Origin: Hypanus sabinus
Taxonomy: Eukaryota
Direction of reading: 5' to 3'
NCBI RefSeq assembly: GCF_030144855.1
Contig: NC_082706.1
Location: 4,898,001 to 4,962,000 of the forward strand
DNA: 64,000 bases
The translations under genes were made by a program, and so were the position numbers. The stretch's first letter is position 1; the number at the start of each line of letters is the position of its first letter. Below are positions 12,713 through 26,178 of this stretch, one piece after another. Under the pieces are notes generated by a model. The model worked only from the letters and a program-made list of their open reading frames with translations. It made no database searches and was not told the DNA's origin.

Positions 12713-15700
12713 TATAGAAACATAGAAAACCTAGAAAACATAGAAAACATACTGCACTATATAGGCCCTTCAGCCCACAATGCTGTGCCGAACATGTACT
12801 TACCTTAGAAATTAGCTAGGGTTACCCATAGCCCTCAATTTTTCTAAGCTCCATGTACCTATCCAGGAGACTCTTAAAAGACGCTATTGTATCTGCCTCC
12901 ACCACTGTTACCGGCAGCCCATTCCACGCACTCACCACTCTCTGCGTAAAAAAAAAAATACTTTCCCCTGACATCTCCTCTGTACCTACTTCCAAGCATC
13001 TGTGCCCCCTTGTGGTAACTATTTCAACCCTGGGAAAAAGCCTCTGACTATCCAAACGATCAATACCTCTTATCATCTTATACACCTCTATCAGGTCACC
13101 TCTCATCCTCTGCCGCTCCAAGAGAAAAGGCTGAGTTCACTCAACCTATTCTCATAAGGCATATTCCCCAATCCAGGCAACATCCTTGTAAATCTCATCT
13201 GCACTCTTTCTATGGCTTCCACATCCTTCCTGTAGTGAGGTGACCAGAACTGAGCACAGTACTGCAAGTGGGGTCCGTCCTATATAGCTGTAACATTACC
13301 TCTTGGCTCTTGAACTCAGTCATACGGTTGATGAAGGCCAATGCACCATATATCTTCTTAATCACAGAGTCAACCTGCACAGCAGCTTTGAGTGCCCTAT
13401 GGACTCGGACCCCAAGATCCCTCTGATCCTCCACACTGCCAAGAGGCTTACGATTAATACTATATTCTGCCATCATATTTGACCTACCAAAATGAACCAC
13501 CTCACACTTATCAGGGTTGAACTCCGTCTGACATTTCTCAGCCCAGTTTTGCATCCTATCAATGTCCTGCTGTAACCTCTGACAGCCCTCCACACTATCC
13601 ACAACACTCCCAACCTTTGTGTCATCAGTAAATTTCCTAACCCATCCCTCCACTTCCTCATCCAAGTCATTTATAAAAATCACAAAGAGAAAGGGTCTCA
13701 GAACAGATCCCTGAGGCACACCACTGGTCACTGACCTCCATGCAGTATATGACCCATCTGCAACCACTCTTTGCCTTCTGTGAGCAAGCCAGTTCTGGAT
13801 TCACAAAGCAATGTCCCCTTGGATCCCATCCCTCCTTACTTTCTCAATAAGCCTTGCATGGGGTACCTTATTAAATGCCTTGCTGAAATCCATATACACT
13901 ACATCTGCTGTTCTATCTTCATCAATGTGTTTAGTCACATCCTCAAAAAATTCAGTCAGGCTTGCCTTTGACAAAGCCATGCTGACTATTTCTAATCATA
14001 TTATGCCTCTCCAAATGTTCATAAATCCTACCTCTCAGGATCTTTTCCATCAACTTACCAACCACTGAGCTAAGACTCACTGGTCTATAATTTCCTGGGC
14101 TATCTCTACTCCCTTTCTTGAATAAGGAAACAGTATCTATAGCCTGCCAATCCTCCGGAACCTCTCCCATCCACATTGATGATGCAAAGATCATTGCCAG
14201 AATCTCAGCAAGCTCCTCCCTTGTTTCCCACAGTAACCTGGGTTACCTCTCAACCGGTACCGGAGACTTATCCAACTTGATGTTTTCCAAAAGCTCCAGC
14301 ACATCCTCTTTGTTAAGCTTAAGCTTTTCAATCTGCTGTAAGTCATCGCTACAATCGCCAAGATCCTTTTCTGTAGCGAAGACTGAAGCAAAGTACTCAT
14401 TAAGTGCCTCTGCTATCTCCTCCAGTTCCATACACACCTTTCCACTGTCACATTTGATTGGTCCTATTCTCTCAGGACTTATCCTCTTGCTCTTCACATA
14501 ATTGTAGAATGCCTTGGGGTTTTAATCCTGCTTACCAAGGCCTTCTCATGGCCCCTTCTGGCTCATTCTTAAGGTCATCCCTGCTAGCCTTATATTCTTC
14601 TAAATATCATTCCTAATTTTTTGAACCTTTCATAAGTTTTTCTTTTCTTCTTGACTAGATTTTCAACAGCCTTTGTACACCATGGTTCCTGTACCCTCCC
14701 ATTCTTTCCCTGTCTCATTGAAACGTACCTATGCAGAACACCACACAAATATCCCCTGAACATTTGCCACGTTTTTGCTTTAGATTTCCTTGAGAACATC
14801 TGTTCCCAATTTATGCTTCCAAGTTCCTGTCTGATAGCTTCATATTTCTCCTTACTCTATTTAAACACATTCTTAACTTGTCTGTTGCTATCCCTCTCCA
14901 ATGCTATGGTAAAGGAGATAGAATTGTGGTCACTATCTTCAAAATGCTCTCCCAGTGAGAGACCTGACACCTGACCAGGTTTATTCCCCAATACCAGATC
15001 GAGCACAGCCTCTCTGCTTGTACGCTTATCCACATATCGTGTCAGGAAACCTTCCTGAACACACCTTACAAACTCCACTCCATCTGAACCTCTTGCTCTA
15101 GGGAGATGCAATCGATATTTGGGAAATTAAAATCTCCCACCATGACAACCTGTTATTATTACACCTTTCCAGAATCTGTCTCTCTATCTGCTTCTTGATG
15201 TCCCTGTTGCCATTGTCCCTGTGGTCTATATAAAAAAAAACACCCAGTAGAGTTATTGACCCCTTCCTGTTTCTAACTTCCACCCACAGAGACTCAGTGG
15301 CCAATCCCTCTGTGACTTCTTCCTCACTGCAGCCGTGACACTATCTCTGATCAGCAGTGCCACACCCCCACCTCTCTTGCCTCCCTCCCTGTCCTTTCTG
15401 AAACATCTAAAGCCTGGCACTCAAAGTAACCATTCTTGCTCCTGAGCCATCCAAGTCTCTGTAATGGCCACAACATCATAACTCTAAGCACTGATCCACG
15501 CTTTAAGCTGATCTGCTTTGTTCATGATCCTTCTTGCATTAAAATAGACACATCTGAAAACATCGGTCTGAGCAGATCCTTTCTCTATCACCCTCATATT
15601 CTTCCTCTCACACTGTCTCCAGGCTTTCTCGCTTGTGAGCCAACAGCCCCTTCCTCCATCTCTTCAGTTTGGTTCCCACCCCTCAGCAATCCTAGTTTAA

Positions 15701-16243
15701 ACTCTCCCCCACAGCCTTAGCAAACTTCTTTGCCAGGATATTGGTCCCCCTCAGGTTCAAGTGCAACCTGTCCTTTTGGTACAGGTTATGCCTGCCCCAA
15801 AAGAGGTCCCAATGACCCAGAAATCTGATGCCCTGCCCCCTGCTCCCTGCTCCAATCCCTCAGCCACACATTTATTCTCTTCCTCAGTCTATTCCTATAC
15901 TTATCGTCGCGTGGCACAGGCAGTTATCCCGAGATTACTACTTTTGAGGTCCTGCTTCTCAACTTCCTTCTTAGCTCCTTGTAGTCTGTTTTCAGGACCT
16001 CCTCCCTTTTCCTACATCTGTCGTTGGTAGCAATATGTACCACGACCACTGGTTGTTCACCTTCCCACTTCAGGATATCGTGGACACGATCAGAAACATC
16101 CTGGAGCCCGGCACCTGGGAGGTAAACTACCATCGGTGTTTCTTTCCTGCGTCCACAGAATCGCCTGTCTGACCCCCTAACTATAGAGTCCCTATTACTG
16201 CTGCCTTCTTTCTTTCCCTATCCTTCAGAGCCACATGGCCAGA
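12713..16243 (-). mobile_element. 5'-truncated CR1 LINE (3.5 kb): ORF1 esterase remnant plus decayed EN/RT, nested in a Rex1/Babar 3' end
   Basis: (CTATGTTT)n-type tail at 12713-12750. SGVPQGSVL, KFTDDTK, PGNYRPVSL and SDHNSISF motifs. VIGDSIVRG / VHIATND remnant near 15920-16200. CTCAT duplicated at 12708-12712 and 16244-16248. Confidence 0.9.
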
Positions 16244-17986
16244 CTCATGTTCTTGTTATTTATCGCTATTTATTTATATTTATAGTTGTTATTTGTTGAG
16301 TATGGCCACAGGAAAAGGAATCTCAGGTTTTAAGTACACATATATCATATATGTACTGGACTAATAAAATTTACTTTGCACTTTTTACTTTGTATCATAT
16401 GTACATAAAAACATGGTAAAATGCATCATTTGTGTTAACAACCAACACGCCAGAGGCTGTGCTGGGTGCCAACATAGCATACCTACAATGCTTGGTAGAA
16501 CAACACGGAACACAGCAAGCTATAGAAAATAATAACAGCAAAACAAACCCTGTTCCTCCCACCCACCCAAGATAAATTCTTTCTTTGATGAGGAAAAACC
16601 TGAATCCTTAGTGTATCAATATTATTGAGCAATTTGTAATGCACATTTTTACTAATCTATTCTAAAATAGTTCCCAGACAGTTCAGATCAACTAAGTTTG
16701 ACCTGCTCATGCTGAGAAAGGTGCAGTACTGTTGTGATTGACTTCCCGAGGAGCTTTTGTTGTACTGAACATTACAGGCCTGGATGGAGGGGTTTGGTGT
16801 CTCCCACTTAGCCTCAGGAATTACAAGGACTAATGGATGGGCGGGATTGTCCAAAACAAAATAAACCAATTTGTGAGTGTGCTCTTTAAACCTGCTTGCC
16901 ATGTAAGCAGCTGACAACCTTATAGGGATGTATGTCTGACAGATGAGATGAAGAAGTGAGTTTTGAGTGCTACATAAGAAGGGATGTGAAAACAGGGAAA
17001 TGCGGGATATGGTCTCTCCAAAGCCGGATAATGGAATGCATTGTCGGAAGCATGAGACTTCAACTTAATTGTCTACAGTCTCATTTTGGGTTGATAATTG
17101 ATTTAATTATAACTTTAAACTCAGTTGCTCTTTTTGGCAGTGGAAGTTTCTTGAAATGCATTACTGATGTAATTTATAGGGCTGATGAAATATCTTGCAC
17201 AAATAGTTTGGCAGTAATGTTTGTTAACATTAATTCTACAGTGCACTGACATTTTTATATCAGTACTTCAAGACAAGAGTTCCAGGCATTAATTGATTTC
17301 GTCTTGTACAAGTGGAATTGCAGCTGCCCAAATCAACTTCATTTTGAACTCTTGGAACAGAAGGAAATTTTGATTTCATGAGTCATTTCAAGATTTTAAC
17401 TTGCTGGCTAAAATTTTCAAAATCAGTGAAAGCTTTTTTTTATTAGTTTTTTTATACATTTTCTACATCGCTACAGATAAAAAAAACCCAGATCGAAATG
17501 AAGAGCATTAATACAGTGCAAAAATAAACATACAATAATATAATACAAAAGAAGATAATTGAGAAAGCACCCAAATTGAAGACATGTAAAATTAGTATTC
17601 TCCCCAAACCCCGCAACAAAAAAAAACTCCAGACCAACCACAACACAATATAGAGAAGAGAAATCAGGACATTCAAACCCCCAAAACTGTAAATACACTT
17701 ATCAACAGAAGATAATAATGCCTACTACCAAAAAAAAGGAGCTGAAAGCAAGGGACCGAAAAAAAACCTTAGTTAAGAGGAAGGTTATGAAAGTACTCAA
17801 TAAAAGGTCCCCAGACCTTATGGAACTTTGTATCCGAATTAAGAACTGAATAATAAATTTTTTCAAGGTCTAAGCAGGCCATAATATCATTAATCCATTG
17901 AGCTTGTATGGGCGGGACAACATCTCTCCATCTAAGGAGGATTAAAAGATTAAACGTCTAGCCAGGAGAGAAGCAAAAGATAATAT

Positions 17987-20900
17987 TCAACACTTGGTCG
18001 AACTCAGAAGTAAATCTGTCTCACCCAAAAAACCGAACAAAGCAATTAAAGGGTTAGGTTCTAGCTGGTGATTCAGAATATAAGATAACGTTGTGAAGAC
18101 ATCTTTCCAAAATTTCTCCAAGCTAGGACAAAACCAGGACATATGAATAAGAGAGGCCTTGCCCCTTTTGCATTTATCACAAAGAGGACTAATATTAGGG
18201 TAAAATCGAGATAGTTTAGATTTAGACATGTGGGCTCTATGAACAATCTTAAACTGTAAAAGGCAATGGTGAGCACAAAGAGAGGTTGAATTAACCGATT
18301 TGAGAATCGAGTCCCAAGTCTCATCAGATAAGGAGATATTTAAATCATGCTCTCAAGCCATTCTAATTTTATCCACAGGGGCACGGCGTAAGGATGCTAA
18401 TTTATCACGAATAAATGATATTAAACCTTTACCTAGTGGATTAATAGAAAGAAATAGATCCATAACATTTTTCTCAGGCATTTCAGGGAAGTTAGGAATT
18501 AAAGGATTAATAAAGTATCTAATTTGGAGATATCTAAAAAAATGAGCATTGGGCAGATTGAATTTAGCAGAGAGCTGTTGAAAAGATGCGAAGCGATTGT
18601 CAATAAAAAGATCTTCAAAATGTCTAATGCCCTTCCTATACCAATCATGGAATGCTGAATCATACGTAGGAGGTAAAAAAAAGGTGATTATGTAAGATAG
18701 GGCTAGAAGAGGAAAAACCATGGAAACCATAAAATTTCCGAAACTGAGCCCATATACGCGAGGTGTGTCTAACAAGAGGATTAACAATTAATCTGGACAA
18801 GCTACTAGGGAGTACAGAGCCAAGAAGTGCAGAGATAGATAAATCTTTAGTGGAACTCTACTCCATTGCCACCCAATTAGGGCACTCGGGTTGGCCATGG
18901 AAAAAAGACCAAAAGGTAGCACAACGTATATTGGCTGCCCAGTAATATAAACGAAAGTTAGGTAAAGCCATGCCACCCTCTTTTTTAGATTTTTGGAGAT
19001 AAACTTTATTAATTCTGGAGTGCTTATTCTTCCACAGATATGACAAAATAATAGAGTCTAAGGAATCAAAAAAAGATTTAGGAATAAAAATTGGGATTGA
19101 TTGAAATAAATATAAAAGTTTAGGGAGAACATACATTTTAACAACATTAATACGACCTACCAAAGACATAGATAGAGGTGACCATTGTAACAGACTCTGT
19201 TTTATAGTATATGAAAGATTGGCAAAATTTTCACGAAAGAGGTCTTTAAGCTTCCTTGTGACTGTAATCCCAAGATAAGTAAATTGATTATGAACTACTT
19301 TAAAAGGGAGATCACGAAATGTTAATTCTCATGCTTCTTTATTAATTGGGAAAAGTTCGCTCTTATGTAAATTAAGTTTATAGCCAGAGGACTGGCTAAA
19401 CTGATCAAGAAGTGAAAACATTGGAGGTAAGAATGTAGACAGATTTGAAAGAAAAAGTAATAAGTCATCAGCATAAAGAGAAACTTTATGCTCAACACCC
19501 CCTCTCCAAATCCCGGTCAATTCAGGACAATTTCGAAATGCTATCGCCAAAGGTTCTATAGCCAAATCAAAGAGAAAGGGTCTTAAAGGGCATCCCTGAC
19601 AGGTGCCACGTTTGAGGTTAAATAGCTGGGATTTCTGAAAATTAGTCAAAACAGAGGCAGTGGGACACAAATACAGCAATTTGATCCAAGAGATAAAACT
19701 TTGACCGAAGTCAAATTTTTCTAAAACTGCAAAAAGGTAGTTCCACTCTATACGATCAAATGCTTTCTCCGCATCGAGGGAAATAACACATTCAGGAATC
19801 CCAGTTGGAGGTGAATATAAAATGTTAAATAAACGCCGAATGTTAAAAAAAGGATGATGGTTTTTAATAAAACCAGTTTGATCATCAGAAATAATAGAGG
19901 GAATAACAGTTTCTAAACTATAAGCCAAAGCTTTGGCCAAGATTTTAACATCATCATGAAGCAAAGAAATCGGACTATACGAGGTACACTCTGTTGGGTC
20001 TTTACCCTTTTTTAGTAAAAGAATAATAGATGCCTCATTAAAAGAGGGTGGCAATTTACCGTAATTAAACGAGTCAGACAATACTGAGAATAACTGAGGA
20101 GAAAGAAGTGAAGAGAATGATTTATAAAATTCTACGGGGAATCCATCAGGTCCAGGAGATTTCCCTGAAGACAATGCAGAAATTGCAAAAGATATTTCTT
20201 CTGATGATATAGACGCATTAAGTTTGGCTTTAAAATCAGATGAAAGCGAAGGAATATTCAGATTATTTAAAAAATGATCAATAGAGATATTGTCATTCAA
20301 AGATTCAGAGGAATAAAGTCGAGAATAGAAATTTTTAAATGCGTCATTGATTTCTAAGTGATCTGATGTAAAGTCTCCATTCTCTTTCCGGATCTTTGTA
20401 ATATGTTGTTTGGTTTTGGAACGCCTCAGCTGATTGGCTAGAAATTTACCAGATTTGTCACCATGAATTTAGAAGCGACTCTTACTTTCAAGAAGTTGAC
20501 GTTCGACGGGTTGAGTAGACAGAAGATTAAATTTAGTTTGAAGTTCTACACGCTTCTTGTATAATTCAGGATTCTTAGTTTGAGCATACAGTTGATCCAA
20601 TTCTTTAATCTGATTAATGAGGTCTAATCGATCTGCACAGGACTTTCTATTAAGATTTGCTGTATAGGAGATTATTTGACCCCTCAAATATGCTTTCATG
20701 ACATCCCAGACAATCTGGGATGACATTTCAGATGATGTATTGGTGTTAAAATAAAAGGTTATCTGATCTTTAATAAATTTTAGAAAATCATCATCCGATA
20801 GTAAAGTCGAGTCAAAACGCCAGTGTTTATTCCTCTGAGGGAGACCAGGAAAATTTAAAGACAAAGTAATTGGGGCATGGTCAGAAATCAGTATACTCTG

Positions 20901-21572
20901 ATAGTCACAAGAATAGACAAATGGAATAAGTTGATTATCGAGTAAAAGGTAGTCAATTCTAGTAAAGGTATGGTGAACATGTGAAAAAAAAGAATAGTCT
21001 CTCTCAGTAGGATGAAGGAAACGCCATATATCAGAGATACCATAATTAGAGAGAAAAGAGTGAATAGCTAAGGCAGATTTAGTAGGTAGTCTAGTAACAG
21101 AAGACGATCGATCCAAATTAGGATCTAATCAACAATTGAAATTGCCACCCAGTATAAGAGAGTATGAGTTTAAATCTGGTAGTGAGGAGAAAAAACGTTC
21201 AAAAAAATTAACATCATCAAAATTGGGAGCATACAGGTTTGCTAATACAACTTTAGTATTATATAATTTACCAGAAACAATAATAAAATGGCCATTTGTA
21301 ACAGATATCTTATTATGGAGTTCAAAAGGAATATTTGAATTAATAAGGATGGAGACCCCCCTAGCTTTGGCAGCAAAGGATGAATGAAAATGCTGACCCG
21401 CCCACTTTGACAGAAGCCGAGAATTATCAAAACTACGAATATGAGTTTCTTGAAGGAAAGCAATGTCAGCTTTGAGTTGTTTAATATGCGAGAAGACCTT
21501 CCTTCTTTTAACAGGATGATTCAATCCCTTTACATTCCAGCTCACAAATTTAAGTGAATTAACCATTATCAA
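17987..21572 (-). pseudogene. L1 ORF2 (APE endonuclease, reverse transcriptase, CCHC-like domain), broken by stops and frameshifts
   Basis: SWNVKGLN...FLQETH (EN), SDHAP, SLDAEKAFD, QGCPL and YADD (RT), CDKC...HMSWFC. Split into six ORF-track pieces. Confidence 0.93.
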
Positions 21573-22396
21573 TTGTTAGTGCATATAAAGTAGCAGGCAT
21601 ATAAAAAATCAAGCAGTACAATAACAGTCTGAGAGCAAAAATGTAAACATAGATCCGTAGAATCAAAACAGAGAAATGTCCAGAATAACAAAGGAAAACA
21701 AAAGAAACAGTGAGTAGTGTTGGAACTGGAGAATCCCCCCCCCTCCGCAACCCAAAATTAGACGGCTACCTAAAAAAGCAGCTAGCTCTACCAAAAAAAT
21801 TAACCCAAGTATGACTTCCAGTTCTGTGTCGTTAACAAAAGTTCCGTATAAATAATATAGCAAATAATAGCTAATTTATGCTCTAGAAAACAGAATTACA
21901 AATAGGAACAACTTCAACAGAAGTATAAAACTTAATACAAAGAAAATCAGAAGGAAACTAAAACTAACCTACAAGCGAAAAATTATAAAAGATTAAAAGA
22001 GAAAAAAAAAGGAGGGAGAAAAGGGGGAAATTATAAAATTCAAAGAGAGCCCTTATCAACCGTTTACAGAAAAAAAAGCAAAACTTAAACTATGAATCAA
22101 CCAACAGGGAGGCCTTCAATAAAAACTCCAAACCTCCAAAACAAGTTAAAGACAATTGTAGTTCTCTATAGATAAGGTTATACAAAAATAAAATAGATTA
22201 CACAGGTAAAATCTAAAAGTTCGCAGGGAAACATTAAACTTAAATTATCTATTTAGAAAAAATCTACCAAGTCCAGGGAGAGATTGATTACAGCCCTTAG
22301 AGTTTCAATAGATAATGACTGAGTTATTCAAGTAAAGTCTGAGTTCGGAAAAAAATAGTTTTACTCCGGGAAGTACTTATCAACCATTTTAGAAGG

Positions 22397-23218
22397 TCAG
22401 GCTGGTTTCGAAGAATACGAGGTGGCTGGAAGACTTCCAACAAATGCCTCAGCCACCTTCACTGATTTAAACCACTTATAATCTCCAGTAGTAAGCGTAA
22501 TTCGAAGATTGGCTGGATTTCGGAGAGAGGGTCTGAATCCGCGATCAAAAAGCACTTTCATTACACCTTTAAACTCAGCACGCATCTTCAGAACCTGGGG
22601 GGCAAAATCCTCCACAAAACGAATGACCATATTTTGAAAAGCAAAAGTACCTCTGCGGCGTGCCTCCATCATCAAACGGTTTTTCACCTGGTATTGATGA
22701 AAGCATAAAATAATTGGCCGTGGGTGGGAACCCAGAATTGCTCGAGGAACATAGATCCTGTGTGCCCTTTCAAGCTCAGGTGGAGTCGGAAGGAATTCTT
22801 TCCCGAAGATCTCACCAAGAAACTTAGGAAAAAATTCAACGGGAGAGCCCTTTCCGGTGGCCTCTGGCAAACCAAGAATTCGTAGATTGCAACGTCTGCT
22901 CCGATTTTCAAGATCCACCATTTTGGAAAAAAGTTTACTGTACTTCTCCTCTAGGCTGGAGCAGAGAGTTTCAAGATATTGAACAATGCGTCTTAAAACT
23001 TCAGAAGTTATGTCAATGCAAGATAAATGTTCAGCATGTTCATCCACTCTAGCATTAATCTGATCCAATTTGACATTCAGCTGGTTGAAAGAAGTTCTAA
23101 ATTCAGTTCTAAAATCCATTAAAGTATCTTGTCGATGTTGTTCCAGAACAGCGAGAATGTAAGCTGACAAAGCAGTAGAAGTTTCCTTTTTCCTGGTTTT
23201 AGTACTTTTGGTAGCCAT
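22397..23218 (-). CDS. L1 ORF1 protein (coiled coil + RRM + CTD), 273 aa
   Basis: Motifs LENRSRRCNLRILGLPE, ELERAHR, PRPII and IRFVEDF are typical of the L1 ORF1p family. No internal stop. Confidence 0.9.
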   Translation of the reverse strand: MATKSTKTRKKETSTALSAYILAVLEQHRQDTLMDFRTEFRTSFNQLNVKLDQINARVDEHAEHLSCIDITSEVLRRIVQYLETLCSSLEEKYSKLFSKMVDLENRSRRCNLRILGLPEATGKGSPVEFFPKFLGEIFGKEFLPTPPELERAHRIYVPRAILGSHPRPIILCFHQYQVKNRLMMEARRRGTFAFQNMVIRFVEDFAPQVLKMRAEFKGVMKVLFDRGFRPSLRNPANLRITLTTGDYKWFKSVKVAEAFVGSLPATSYSSKPA

Positions 23219-23348
23219 TATAAGATAGATGTGTTCGCAGGCAGGTAAAAGAGAACTAATAAAATACCTAACTAAGGTTTAAGAAGGGAGACATATAGTG
23301 CAAAGGTAAGAAGAATAACGGAGCAAAAGTTTGGAGCAACTAAACAAT

Positions 23349-23371
23349 CGCCATCTTACCGGAAGTCCCCC
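23349..23371 (-). promoter_or_regulatory. L1 5' terminal internal-promoter core with ETS and YY1 motifs
   Basis: ACTTCCGG (23359-23366) followed by AAGATGGCG (23349-23357) directly after the 5' G-run. Confidence 0.6.
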
Positions 23372-23419
23372 AAATCAGTGAAAGCTTTTAAGTATATAAG
23401 TTAATATTAGGGTCAAAGA

Positions 23420-25085
23420 ACATTGCTCGCCACTGATTGCCAACCAGAGTAACATCCATGTATCCCAACTCTCTGCTTTCTATTGGTTAACCAATACGCT
23501 TCTATGTACACTAATACATCACCCTCAACTCTATGCATCCTTATCTTGTTGTTAAGTCTTCCATGTGGCACCTTATCAAACACCTTCTAGAAATCCAAGT
23601 AAATAATCCATCTGTTCCTTTCTATGCACTGCGCTTGTTATATCCTCAAAAAACTCCAGTAAGTTTGTCAAACAAGACCTACCTTTGCTGAATCCATGCT
23701 GTGTCTGCCTGATGGATCGACTTTCCAGATGCCTCGCTATTTCTTCTTTAATGATAGCTTCAAGCATTTTCCCAACTATTGATTTTAAACTAGCTGGCCT
23801 ATAGTTACCTGCCGTTTGCATACATCTTTTTTTTGAACAGTTGTGTGGCATTCACCTTCTTCCAAACCACGGGGATCTGCCCAGAGTCCAGAGAATTTTG
23901 GTAAATTATCACCAAAACCTCAACTATAACCTCTACCATTTCTTTCAGTACCCTGAGATGCATTCCATCAGGACCAGGGGGTTTGTCTATCTTCAGGCCC
24001 ACAAGTTTGCTCAGCACTACCTCTTTAGTGATAGCTGTTGTATCGAGGTCCTCACCTCCCATCGCATCCATATCATATCACTCTTTCCAAGACGATTCCT
24101 AGCTACACGATTACTAATTTTACCTGTCTCATTTTACCTGGTCACAGGACCAGATCCAAGGTATCATATCATATCACTCTTTCCAAGAGGATTCCTAACT
24201 ACACGATTACTAATTTTACCTGTCTCATTTTACCTGGTCACAGGACCAGATCCAAGGTAGCACATTCCCTTGTAGGTTCAGTGACATGCTGTTCAAGAAA
24301 GCTATTGTATGCATTCTATGAAGTTCTCCTTCAAGCCTGCTTCGGCCAACTTGTTTCACCCAATCTATGTGCAAATTAAAGTCCCCATGATTACTGCTTT
24401 TCCATTCTTACATGCCTCAGATATTTCTCTGTTTATTGCCTGTGCCACTGTAATGTTATTATTGCTCCCACCAGTGACTTTTTTCCCTTTACTACTCCTA
24501 ATCTCTACCCAGATGGATCCCATCAACCTGCACCCGCACCATAACCCTGCATACCCCTCTCATCCATGTACCTATTCAAACTTCTCTTAAAAGTTGAAAT
24601 TGATGTAGAAATCGCATTCATCGCTTCCACTGACAACTTGTTCTACATTTGCAGCACCCACTGACTGAAGAAGTTCCCCATCATGTTCCCTTGAACATTT
24701 CACCTTTCAGTCTTAACCCATGACCTCTAGTTCTAGTCTCATCCAAACTCGGTGGAAAATGCCTGATTACATTTATTCTATCTATACCCCTCATAATTTT
24801 GTGTACCTTACTAAATCTCCTTTCATTCTCCTATGCCCTAGACAATAAAGACCTATCCTATTCAACCTTTCCTTGTATCTCAGGCCCTCAAGAGCTGGTA
24901 AAATCCTTGTAAATTTTCTCTGTACTCTTTCAATTTTATTGATATGTTTCCTGTAGGTACGTGTCCAGAACTGCACATAATACTCCGAATGTGGCCTCAC
25001 CAACCTCTTATACAATTCAACATAACATCCAACTCCTGTACTCAGTAGATTGATTTATGTATGTCAAAAGCGCACTTTACAACCC
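23420..25085 (-). mobile_element. Rearranged CR1 LINE fragments
   Basis: KPPGPDGMH, NYRPASL, QHGFSKGRSCLTNLLEFF and ERVQRKFTRILP motifs. Contains an internal 96-bp tandem duplication. Confidence 0.85.
24068..24259. repeat. Two-copy tandem duplication, 96-bp unit
   Basis: TATCATATCACTCTTTCCAAG...CCAGATCCAAGGTA starts at 24071 and 24167, with few mismatches. Confidence 0.9.
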
Positions 25086-25979
25086 CATCTGTATTCTGTG
25101 ATGCAGTAATAAATCATGGTGCTTGAAATTCTTTACCTTGTTATATGAGGCTGAATGTGCTGAAATGGTCCTCCATCTAGATGTGCCCTTTGTATCTCTT
25201 TTAGAAAGGGAGATCTCAATGATACCCAGCCCTAGATTGCTGTAGATGGGCTCTGATAGAAGATAAACCGGGATGCAGAGCTTTTTCTTCTGTGAAAGCT
25301 ATCAAGAATTCTCAATATTTTTAGACTCTGACACTTAAAATATTAAATTGTTCATAAAAGGATAAAAGTTGCTTTACTTTAGTTATAAATATTGCACTGA
25401 AACAGGTAAAACATAGAAAAGAATAACATCATTTAAGCTGAGAAAACATCAACTGTCAGCTTGCAATGGTGGTAAAAGTGGAATGCTTTTTAGCACAAGA
25501 AAGTGAGGTGTGTACTGATGATTGAACTGAAGCCACAGAAGTACTTTACATTGCTGTCACATGATGCAGCATGAATAGGAAACAAGAGAATCTATCTAAG
25601 ACATAGAAGTGCCAGATTTTAAGATGATCTTTGGAACATTTCCTTTTTTCTCTTATTTTCTTTCCCAAAGTCACTTTTTAGCCCTTGTAAAGCATTTACA
25701 TATATATGAATAATCCTATAAAACACTATTTTGAGAGTAGTATTAAATACATTATCTAATCCAAGCAAGTACTCTTGCAATTTGTAACCCAAGTCCTTTC
25801 CATTAGCTTACAGATCAGATTCATTAACATAATCACCTTCTTCCCCATTTTCCTGTATTCTAGAAAGGCTTTGGCTAGTTATGCCACCCCATGCATTGTG
25901 CAACAGCAGCTTAATTACCTCTGAGCCTTAAGAATGAGAAGTTCATGTTCAATTCCAAGCACTTAGGTATACTCTAGTA

Positions 25980-26061
25980 TAGGGGTTCCTAACCTTTTTT
26001 TTATGCCATAGACCAATACCATTAAGCAAGAGATCCATGGATCCCCAGGTGGGAACCCCTG
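25980..26061. mobile_element. 82-bp hAT (Charlie-like) MITE; relatives at about 30810-30892 and 55990-56065
   Basis: TIRs TAGGGGTTCCTAACCT / CAGGTGGGAACCCCTG. 8-bp TSD CTCTAGTA (25972-25979) and CTCTAGTG (26062-26069). Confidence 0.85.
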
Positions 26062-26178
26062 CTCTAGTGTAATATTGAGAAAGATCCGATCATTGAGATG
26101 AAATTTCAAACAGAAACAATGTCTAACTCTCAGATGGATGTAAAATATCACATGGCATATTTGAAAAAGATGAGGTAT

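Larger units (their letters stand above)
17438..23371 (-). mobile_element. Full-length L1-clade LINE (about 5.93 kb) with intact ORF1 and disrupted ORF2
   Basis: TSD AAATCAGTGAAAGCTTTT at 17420-17437 and 23372-23389. A-rich tail near 17438. 5' end GGGGGACTTCCGGTAAGATGGCG. ORF1, then APE endonuclease, RT and C-terminal Cys/His motif in the expected order. Confidence 0.95.

Noticed and set aside
22397-23218. Intact L1 ORF1 beside a broken ORF2, suggesting domestication
   Set aside because: At the lesion density seen in ORF2, only about 1-2 lesions are expected in 0.8 kb, so zero is unremarkable.
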